Below, in pieces: positions 50,801 through 62,800 of a stretch of 64,000 bases of DNA. How positions within the stretch are numbered: position 1 is the first letter of the stretch; each line of letters starts with the position of its first letter. The notes under the pieces are model-generated. The model was given only the letters and a program-made list of their open reading frames with translations. It was not told where the DNA came from and ran no database searches. The stretch covers positions 186,001 to 250,000 of the forward strand of contig NMRA01000433.1 in assembly GCA_002633005.1 (NCBI GenBank), given 5' to 3'. This DNA comes from Phoronis australis (taxonomy: Eukaryota > Animalia > Phoronida). The translations under genes were made by a program, and so were the position numbers.

Positions 50801-53800
50801 TTAGACCTACATAATATTCAGATTGTCACATTAAAGTTCTCAGCACTTGCTGTCTGCTCAATTTCTTCCCACACTACCACAGCCCCACAAATCCTGATAT
50901 CTCATAATTCCTGATCCATAACGGTAAGTTTCAGGGTTCTCAGAGTTAAAGACAGCGTGATTAAACGCATTCAATTCCAATACCGTTCTCTAAATTTAAT
51001 CAAATTCATCAATATCATCAACTCCAAAATTTCACTCAAGACAATATTCCACCATATAAAACTAAGTCGGCCCATTTTTCATTGGCCAGTTCTTCACAAA
51101 ACATGGAATTGATGAATCGTCAAAGAGAAATTCTGCATACAAACTGCATTCTACACTGTATTTAGGATGTGTCTTATTGGTCGGATCTTGTGCTCTCAAT
51201 GATTTCCATACCTTTCCAATACTTCCTACCAAGATCTTCAACGATCTGGTGCTTTGAAACACTGGCAATTTTAAAGATAATTTTAATTTTATCTGATTCT
51301 TTGAAGAGAAACCAAATGCTCAAATTCGTAACATTTGAAAATCCGTACGTGGTCATTTTTAGGCCCTAAAAGAACGTAGACTTCAGATAAACCTGTAAGA
51401 GGACGTAGACTTCAGATAAACAGTTGACAGCCACGAACTACACAACATTCACAGAAGTCTTCAGTTCTGCCCTCAACTTAACTCCTTTGATCACTTCCAC
51501 ACCATTGATCAGTATTCACATTTGGCCATTGTCAACAATTGATGACAGTTAAACCTTCTCCCCTGATGACTACAATTGATCATAGTCAACCTTGACATTA
51601 CCCACCGCTGGCCACTGCTAATCTTGATACTTTCCAATCAAAATAATCTTGATAATACCAACCTAGCATCACTGTCCATTATTGATACAATCTGCCCATG
51701 GCCACCGCCCACTCTTGATTCTACCCACTCATGACAACTGTCCTCATTCGTTACTATACTACCCATCCTTGACCACTACAAAAAGTTGACACTTCCCACC
51801 AGTGACCACTGTCCACTCTTGATACTACCCACCCTTCGTCATTGACCACACTTGTTACTATACTACCCTCCCTTGACCGCTGTCCACTCTCTTGATTCTA
51901 CGCATCCTTGACCGTTGTCCATACTAACCCACACCACTTGCCAGGTTCCAGTAGCCATCAACACAGCGGTCACACTGTTTACCAACCACATTAGGTAGAC
52001 ACGTGCACTGACCATCTGGGGCACATGCTGGCAGGGTGCTTGCATAGGTACCCTGAGGGTTACACGAACATGCTGGAAAGAAAACAGACATTTTGAACAA
52101 TGGAGCTGACAATACAGTAATGATTTTCAGAGTCCAGTCAGTACGTGGTTGTTTAACTTCCCTAAAATAAAAAAAAACAGAGGGATTCAATTCCCAGTTT
52201 TCAAGCTGTGTACCATGAAGATATTGTTCCATTTCAAGAGCCTGGAGCAAATGCGCAAGTATTTGAAAAGTGTGAGTAATGCAAAACAGAATTGTAGCCC
52301 TTATTGCGGTCAAATAGTTTTATAGTAGAACCTCAGGGAGAAACCTGGAGAAGCGTCTTACAACACTCTACAGTCCGACACAGCGCCACCTGCGGAGGAG
52401 AGTGGTCATGTGACACACACAAGTCAGTTTCGATGTCTGTCAAAAACATATAGTATTATAGCGAATAAATAGTTATTTCATTGATATCTCGTCAATAGTT
52501 TGAGTGCATCAGAAAACACACCTCAGCGGAATGTATGGATTCAGCCCATTTTTGTTGTTGCAACACTTGCCAGCCACAAAGGCATTAAAAAGGCTTAGCA
52601 GAAAACTAACAAGCATTTCACAACATCAACCAATTGGAATGTTAAATGTTATTTTCCAACCAATCGGAATACCCGAATATTATGAAGGCATGTCATATGA
52701 CCCATCCCATATGGCACTGGGAAAGAAAGACTGAAAAACCAATCCAGACATACAGCAGAGGTCAAACGTCAAAACACTAGCGCCACCTACCAACACACTG
52801 CCCCTTGGGTGAGGCCAGAGCGTCTCCATAGAAACCAGGTAGACACTTCTCACAGAAAAATCCTCCTGTGTTGTAAATACACTTGCGACACTCTCCGGTT
52901 GTACTGAAATGAAGACAGAATTGATGAATATGACAAACCCAAAGGCTTTGTTCGCGATACATTAAAATCATAACCCAAGTTAAACTATGGAATGACAACC
53001 CACTCCTTCAGCATGATATAGTAATTAAGCACTATCAAATCCATTCGTCAGTGTTCATTTCGGGAACTTAATTAGCAAAACAAGTTGAAAACAAGTACCC
53101 TTAAAGTCTACCTAGCGTACTGCACATGCCTGCACCCACACAAGCACACATGCCACAGGAACACAAGGTGCGTTATTGACTTGATACTAATGGACCATGT
53201 TGAACAAAGAGAAATTACTATTCTCATTTTAAGTGACAACACAAACAGTGTCACGGTGAATAAACAATCAACATTCCTGGATAGCTACCACCTTCAGAGG
53301 CAGTCATTTAGCAAGCATTCGTCTTCAAAGGCTGGTTGTTTACTTCCAAAGCACAAGCAAGATCTCAAAGCTCACCACACACCCAAATCAAGACCCCCAC
53401 TGTTAACACCCCTAGACTACTTACGTGTTGCAGTTGGCCACAGCGTTACTATCAATGTTACCACTACACACACACTTCTGACATGGGGTGGGGGGGCCAT
53501 GTTTACCCGAGGGGTCGCCAAAGTATCCGTCGGCACAAATGTCACAACGTAGGCCTACACAAGGGAATGAGACAGCAATTAACCAATGACAAGCAGTGGT
53601 GGACACCACAATCACTGTCGGCACCAGTAGGACTACATAGATTCATACACAGCCAAACAAGACAATTGCACTACAACTGTTTGTAACGCATAAAAAGAAA
53701 AAACAAAGAAAAATAACAAATAGACAGATACGACAAAACATAGTGAGATCCACATTCCTTACGCTTAACAGATCATTCTCAGCAGAAACTGTCAATGATA

Positions 53801-56800
53801 AAACAACAGAAAAGGTACCTCCAATGCATTGAGCAAGCAACACAAATAACTCAATAAATGCACAAATTGGAAAACCACGATTGTCGGAACTAGTACAGAA
53901 CTTCTACACTTATTTCGCACAAAAAGAGCCAAAATCGCATTTTCTTTTCATTTTTCAAAGGTTGATTACCTTGCTCCAAATGCTACTTGGAGTCATCAAC
54001 GCAGTACAAACTTCACTAATAGTAGACTAAACTTTTGTTAATTTTATTTTTGTGAAGAAATTTGACATCAATCATAGAATTTTACTAGCTTATCGCCCAT
54101 ACCGTGTGCCAAATCAGCAAAAAGTTAAAGTACTTTAAACCACTGTAGCCACCTACCTGCAACACCTTCCTTACAGTCTATGCACGCAACATCACCACTC
54201 AGCAGCTCCACACAAGAGCCTCTGTCTGGGCAAGGGCACCGCTTGCAGTCATCGGGGGTACCGCCCAGAGCGTAGCCATAGAAACCCGGGGCACACCTCT
54301 CGCATGACTCACCCACGGTGTTATGCCGGCAAATACAACGCCCTGGAGAATGGGGTAAAAATCAAAATACAAATCAGACAGTAATCAAGCGGCGTATTGC
54401 TACCCTTTAAGGAGTCGATATTTACTAAATGCATGCTAGCAACAGATTTCAACTGAAGTTGGAGATTTCAAAACTGATATGTAGAGAATCTCACAAGTAA
54501 CAGCAGCATACAAGTAACATTCTGAAGAATGAAAACTGAAAAATGTGAACCTGGCCATTGCCATGACGACGGCTTTTAACATAAACTTTCATCAAAAATA
54601 AAGCATTAATTGTTCAAAATGCAAAAGAACACTATCAACAAGATGCACGCTCCAACCAACAGTGGCTTTACATTCACCCACCCATTCACCAGCACCTATG
54701 AGCGGCTTCATATTTACATTATTTCACACTGCAACCACCCACCTGTGTTCACATCACAAGTGTCCGAGTGGCCGTTACAATTACACGGGACACAGCGTGC
54801 GTAGGGGCCCCCATTGGCAGGTTCACGTCGGAAGCCTGGCTCGCACGACTCGCAGAACTGGCCCACATAGCCACGGGGACAATTGCACTGTTCCACCCAG
54901 TTGGCAGGATCTCCACCATTATTGGACAGCGCTGCTGACTCCAGTTTAATGTTGTCGATGAAACCGACACCTGAAATTGGTTAAACTCTACAGGTTAACA
55001 GACAGACAGCAACAAATCATAAATGAATCAAATTGTCTGATCAAAATAATGCACAGAGTTAAACTATGCATTAAGGCAAAGAAACATTGGAACAAAGCCA
55101 TCACAATCCTCATTGTTGTCTTCGTTCAAGTCTAAGATCAGCAAACTGGACACACTTCAGCAGATACTTCTGAGTTCCCGCTAATGCTTAAAGCCACAGA
55201 GACATTCAGAATCCGTTAACCAATGCTTTCCATCAAAAACCTAAGTTTTATCTGGGCCACATACCATTAGGATATGGGTGTCAAATTGTTCCTTAGTCAA
55301 AAAACTGATCTCTGAGCTCGGAGAGAACTGACAGTTCATTAGTTCCTCAGATCAAGCTCATAATATTCACAACGTGACCTTGAAATTGACAAGCTTGGTC
55401 TGAAGCAACTACAGACTGTCAGTTCTCTCCGAGCTCAGAGATCATTTCTAAATTGAGTAAGGAACACGAAAAGACCAATTTTGTAAAAGGCACAAATCAA
55501 AACTTTGGCAAATATTTAGGTGACCTTTTCAAATTAAGTGTGTTAAAGTTCAACAATGTCCTGTCTTATCATTACTTTGTCAATACCATGCACAGTCAAA
55601 GGTTATAAATTCGGTCCAAGCTAAAACAGTCATGTTATACATGTGTATCTACTCTTAACAGATGCCAGCGTGAGTCACTTATATAGTGCGCAAATAAAAA
55701 TCAAAACTGCAACCGTCTTGGGTAAGAGCCAGTGACGAGTTTGCGTGGTTTGTACATGAGAAACATCTACGGACATGAACAATATTGAATTCCATTGAGA
55801 GACCGTCGTTCAAGACAACTTAAATGAACACAGTGCCAGCAAAAATTCAAGATTCAACCGTCCCAGCTAAGCCTAAGGGCACGACTGTAGAAAAAAAATC
55901 CTTTGATGATGTCATAGATGTCACAGAGAAATAAAACTAGGTAATTAAAGTTTTCTAACAGTAGCCATTGGATGCCAAATTGTCCATTTCCACATCTAGA
56001 GGGATGCAGTCGTGGTCTACTTACTGTCACGGGAGTATGTTCCCCTGATCTTGATGGCAGTTACATTAGAAAGTAGTCTGACAAAGTCAATGGCGGACAA
56101 TCGTGGCGTCCACTGGTATTTCCCATGTTCATTCAGGCGGAACTTGTATTGCTGAAAACACCACCACAGCACGCATTATTGAGAAAGATGAAACTAATGA
56201 AATCATTGCTGTTAACTGGGAGTTACATAGTAAAAGTGTGGTCACTTTTTAAACAACAGGGACACCTGTTGGTGAATTTGAGAAATTATCAACAGAGACA
56301 TCTGTGAGTGCTTAGGAACAGCACAAGATTTGTCAACTCAAATACTAAAACTTTAACAAGATGAGATGTGTAACGGAAAACGACAACAAGGGAGATAAAA
56401 ATTAAGATTTAAGAATTCCTTTGTATTTCTGTGTTCATTATCTGACAGAAATGACACTTAACCAGCACCACCTAGTAGTAAATGATTACAATAACAAAAG
56501 CAAACCTGATAATGAAAGGTGCCACTAGTTTACAGCAGTCATCTGGACTGAACAAGGATCGGCGATGGTAAATGATATTATATTTCTTTATTAAAATTTC
56601 CCCGTAAAATCAAATAAAAAGAAAACTTTACTTCCACAAAAGCACAGCCGACATGAAATAAACGCGATCAGGAATAATTCTGAGCCTTTGAAAAATGTAA
56701 AATCACATTTTTTTCAAACTTGAAGAAACTTTACCGCGAATCAAGCTTAGCAGACAGTGTGGGGATAGATCGCAGCAACACAGATAAAACAGGTCAAACA

Positions 56801-59800
56801 CCCAAGTCTACTCCAGACCTATACCTGGAAGCGAATGCTGGGTGTGGGATTCCTTTGACCATATATGGGCGTCATGATCTTCAGACCACTCCCCTCGATC
56901 ACCACGTCGTCAATGGACGCACGCACGTTCTCATTGCCAACTCGCAGCTTGAAAGTGAGGTACTGGTCGTAACTGAACCTCTGGTCACCCAGGTAATTCT
57001 CTGAAGTGAAAGACACACGTCATAATGACTAAAGACACAAGTTGCAGTATTCAGATATCTTGATATGATCTTCAATACACTTCGCATTATGAATATTCAT
57101 TGTCAAAATATCCACAACTTCTTGTCATGTCACCGACATCATGTCACCGACATCATGTCACCGACATCATGTCACCGACAGCAAGTGTATAGACAGCTGG
57201 CAACGAATTTTGAGGAAAAACAGAGAAAATTTTTACTTGTTTCGTAGCAGCAAATCAAAAACACAGAATTCAGAAGAACTGAAATGAGTAGCATGACTAG
57301 AGAGGCACATTTACCATGCCTCTTGGCCAAAAATAAGAAACAACGCCAGCATGCTATTCAGGGTAGTCACGAACTTTGTCTTTTGCAAATCATAGTCGGG
57401 AAGCCTACGTAGCGCTGTTCGTCATCCAAATATGTCCTATCCACTACTCAATGCTATCCACACAGGTCCTACCTGGAGCGCTAAAGTAAAGGACAGCCTC
57501 CTGAGATGACTGTAGACCCAGGTCCTCCGTAATGGCATTGAAGGACAGGTCAACCCGGTTACCAAACCTGTCTACTCCAGTCCAGCCTTCCTGACCTGTT
57601 GCCAATGAGAAGACAATGGATCACGAACACTCACAAACAACGCGATTTAAACAACTACAGCCACACGACAGAACGGTTTTGTATGTTTTTTCAAGATAAT
57701 ATATTGAAATCAAAATGATTTACGTGAAACTGCCCTGAAAACAAAAGCTACAATTGTCCGCTTGTTTCACTCAATGTTGTGAGTCCCATTGAGCCACACT
57801 GCTAGACCCTCTAGGTCCTGAGCTCACTTTTAACTGTATTCAATAAAGTATAAATAGTTCCAGGTAATCAGTGCAGTGTGCCTACCTGAGCGGCCAGCGC
57901 ACATCTGGTACAACATTTACATGACCACCTACAATTATTATTATATGAAGCACCGTGTAAAATTGTTTACGAGAAAAAGTATCAGAGTACTGGACACCGG
58001 GTGTGAGCAGGGCTCTACAGTCCACAAACTGATAAAAACAAAAACCATCAGAAAACTGTCACTTAGCTTTAATTGTGCCAGAAAAGTAATGCATTAACCA
58101 ATACACCATGCAGTGTGCAATACACTGTCAATAGCTCTGTAATGCTTCCACAGCCCTATAGATGGCACCATAGACTATCCCAATGCACACTATGATAAAG
58201 GTGAATGTGAAACTGTAGGAATACTTACCACGGCCAAACAGTGACACGATGTCTGATTGCTTGTATCCCGAGGCACTGGTACAGACAGAGGAGTGCCCAT
58301 AGCAGAAACAGCGCACACAGCCGTAAGGATTGTCCAAACTTAGGCCAAAGAAGTTGGGCTTGCACCTGGAAAGAGCAAAAATATGAGCTAGAGATGTGTC
58401 ACATTAAGATAACACCCATTCAGCATTGACCTTAACATATTCTCAGCGAAGCATTTTTGAAGCAATGTCAGTTTTTGACCAAACAATGTCACAGTTAACA
58501 AAAATGCCACATGGTCTAACAGGTATGATACAAAAACTGAAGGGGTTCTGTTGCTTACTGAAGGAGATGTGATGCGTCAAATGTGTTAGAGCTACAGACC
58601 TAAACACAACACATGACGGTTTCAGTGGACTCTACAGTGTGGGATGTAAATAACAACAAATTGTCAAACAGTAATTACAAGGATGTGAAACAATTTAACA
58701 GCATTTTGCTTGTAAGGACCTGCGTTGACGGCATCATGGAAACTTTGGCAGCGAGTAGTCATGGAAACTTTGGCAGTGAGTAGTCATGGAAACTTTGGCA
58801 GCGAGTAGTTTTCTAAAAACGTTGACACATTCACCCCCAGCTCGGAAATACTACCTCAATTCTGAAGGCAAAATGTCCCAATAATTCATCATTTATCATC
58901 TAGTTTCATTCTGAATATTTAGGATAACTCTGATAAATTGAACTGAATATCCAGGAAAACCCTCACCTTTTTACCAAGGTGATATCCTACCTATCATGCT
59001 CAGATACTGAGGTGATATCCTACCCATCACGCTCAGATACCGAGGTGATATCCCACCTATGACGCTCAGATACCGAGGTGATATCCCAACTATCACGCTC
59101 AGATACCGAGGTGATATCTTACCCATGACGCTCAGATACCGAGGTGATATCGCACCTAAAACGCTAAGATACTGAAGTGATATCCTACCCAACACGCTCA
59201 GATACAGTGGTGATATCACAATTATCATGCTCAGATACCCAACACGCCAGATACCCAGGTGATATTCTACCCAACACGCCAGATACCCAGGTGATATTCT
59301 ACCCAACACACCAGATACCCAGGTGATATTCTTCCCAACACGCCAGATACCCAGGTGATATTCTACCCAACACGCCAGATACCCAGGTGATATTCTACCC
59401 AACACGTTCAGATACAGAGGTGATATCCTACCTATCACACTCAGATACAATGCTTTCTACAGCGTCTTCTGGGCTTAACTCCCAATTACTGTACATTATA
59501 CTTTACAATCAAAATTTAAAAACAAAACATCCTACCTGTCACAATTCTGCCCCTCAACGTTCTCCTTACATTCACAGATACCCGTTGATTGGGAGCACTT
59601 CGGCTCATTGTTCAAACTGCCCTCTGTCAGACACGAGCATTGTCTGAAAAAAATAAAACACATGTGTAGAATCACAGAGCACAACGACATAGATTAGCAT
59701 TGACCCAATAAGACCAGGCAAAGATAGAAACAAGGTGACATCAAACCAATATTAAAGCTCACCAAACGTAACCGGACAAAAGTCGGTCTCCCTGTCATGT

Positions 59801-62800
59801 TGAGAGATGATGCCATTCCTCCACCTGCTCTCAGATCATCAATTCCACTGACACTGATCTGCTATGTGACAGAATTGCACTTCTACTCAATCAATAATCA
59901 ATAATCAATGTGATGGGTTATTCCAATTCATTTTGTGTACTATTTTCGGTGCAAACTAATACGTAAAAGTATGTCATGATATTTGTTACATATCAAATGC
60001 AAAATAACAAGCTTCACCTGCCACATATGAGGAGAACTTTTGTAGGGCCTTATAAACATGTCTGTGTTTGCAGCCAAATATCAGCAAAATTACAATCAAC
60101 TCCCCTCGTGCAAAAGTGGAGCCGTAATCAGTGTATTAAACAATTACAACGTAAAAAGCAAAATATCTGAAAGTTTCACATGCCACCGATCAGCCATACG
60201 TGAGATACCTTGTTCGACGTTAACAACATTTGGACATTTTTCTACGGTCCTAGACATAACTTTAAAGACATGTCAATTTTAAATTTCTAATGCTCATCAA
60301 AACTTCCCGTGGAAGCAAATATTTCTCAGATGTAAAGAACACCAAAACTCTTCACATATAGTCTTACAGCTCATTCATTTAAACTTTCAGATATGTCAAG
60401 ATCAGCCACAGAGATCCTTGCAGGAGAAATTTGACTTTCTATCAACCAGGGAACCCAATAAAACAAGAAATCTATCATTGACTTAGTACACCTACCTGCA
60501 CCCCCTCTGGCTGAAGTCGTAGTAATTATTTTGACATTTGTCACACTTCTTGCCAGTCACACCAGGCTTGCAGGCGCAGCGACCATCGTTGGCACACTGT
60601 AATGACTGGGAGCCTAGAAAAGAAGGAATGGAACACGCTGACTTTAACAGGTTTTGTTTCACAAACCGGCAACATTGAGCTATCGTGCGCGACGTTACAT
60701 CCTCAATGGGCTTTGAACTGATGAGGTACCGGTAGTAACATTTGTGTTCAAAATTTCTTGGTCTGTTGACACCAAACTCTAACCTATTATATTGGTACAG
60801 TGAACCAAGAAAAATAGAATGGCCACCATGAGTTTACCACATACATGTACACAAGCTCATTCACATTCATCATGGTGTCATAGATGAACAAAAGGCAGCA
60901 AGGAATTCGCCAATAAAAGGATAGCCACCACATCAGTTAACCTCAAATAACTCGAGAAAGGTAAGTCATTGCTAGAAATGGATTACTTATCACAATCAGA
61001 GCTTGGTGAGATCTATACAACTTCCAAATTTCACAAAGATACGAGATCGAAGATACAAGAAAGCGCAATCATCATAAAATCTCAAAAAACTCGAGAAACG
61101 CAATAACGGTAATTTGTAGCAAGAAACGAATAAATAGCACATTTTGGATAATCCTTGGCGATATCTATCCAAACACCAAATTTCAGAGTAATCCCTACAG
61201 GACAGCAGAGCTATGGCTCTGCAGAGCAAAACACTGAAAAATGGCTGCCATAGCGCCATCTTGCATCCTACTTTGACCAAACACAATATGCATTTAGCTA
61301 TTAACAAAACACAAGTGTTCATTTCATGTCAATTGAAAAACAAATGCGACCAATAGTATGCGAACAAAGAAACAAAAAATAAACAAACAAAAAATCTGAA
61401 ATTTATGACAGAGTAACAGGCATAGATTTTGCCAAGTAATAACACTGCCTAGACCGTAGGATGTATTCTCTTTCCAAGCATCACAATCCCCGTCAGATCA
61501 AAAAGGTCGATGTAATGCCACAAACAGATTATATCTCATGACACAACACTTTAAAGCCTTCAATGCAATTTTGTTATTTTAGATGTATTGGGCTAACCAG
61601 CCTTAGCAAAATAAGAAAACACGAGTTCAAAGACGTAAATGCTAACCCGTCAAATGATAGGTGAAGCTGGCTTTTCATGCCATGTTGTGTCATCGCGAGA
61701 TCCTAGTACAAATAACAAAAAGCCGATAACAGTTATATTGAATATGAGTCTGAATAGAACACCATTGCATGCGGGTGTTATTCGCAGCTGTTTGAATTAA
61801 AAGGTGATTCTCGCAATGACGTACACAAAAGCAAGCAAATACGCCTAATAGTTCGTTACATTCGGTAATTTATGACACTTATGGGCTCAGAGTGATGCTC
61901 TTAACATACTGTAGGAACCAAATTTACAGGTGTTACTGTGTAAGATAGGCTTTAAATCCCATAAATAAGATACACTCCCTTATCAAACCAAGGGTGCTGG
62001 CACTGGTGAGTGAATGAATAAGAGATCATGACCTCTGACCTATCATGTTTTTGGTTCATCGACCAGACTTATCAGCACTTCAGATGTTCAAGAGCTCAAA
62101 CTTCATCAATGATAGAGTCAACTACGTGTTTTGCACACCACAGACAGGATTAACAATCAATAGTGCTAACGTGTGAAACCAGTGAATGTTGCACTATTAC
62201 ACCAGCATGCTTCAGGACAATAACAGTTGCCACAACGACTCAGTAGTCAGTACGCACGATAACAGAGCGCCCATTTGACATTTACACTCACAGGGGTGTT
62301 GCATTTTGAGAACCAGTTTTCTCCACTGAATAACAAGAGTCAAACTGGTTCTAAAAATGTGTGATCCCTGTAAAAAGTAGACAATTGGAAGCTCACTTGG
62401 CCAAATTTCTCAACATCAGAAACTTTTGAAGAAGCTCTACTTTGTCGTCACCTCGATTTTTATGGTGTAGCTCTCACTAAACAATAATTGATAACTTTGG
62501 GCGTCTGCACCAATTTAGAAAACCTTTAAACACTAGAATAATGACAACTTAAGCATTTACTTAGCAATTGCCATGAGTTTGACATTTCATCAAACAGACT
62601 TTTGATTCAGAACACCAAAACCTATACAGTTGATCTCAACTTCTACCAACATCAGATGAGTTGTGGTTCCTAGGCTTGGAAATACTGACAGTTCATAATT
62701 AATTGCTGGCGACCATGTTCAGCAAGTAGAATGATGTGCAACTTGTAGAGCCCAATCACTAACTTTGACAAGGTTTTTTAAAACCCGGGCTTAATCAATT

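Noticed and set aside
58971-59450. 159-aa repetitive ORF and CRISPR-like periodicity
   Set aside because: Head-to-tail tandem units with no unique spacers and no cas genes, inside a eukaryotic intron.
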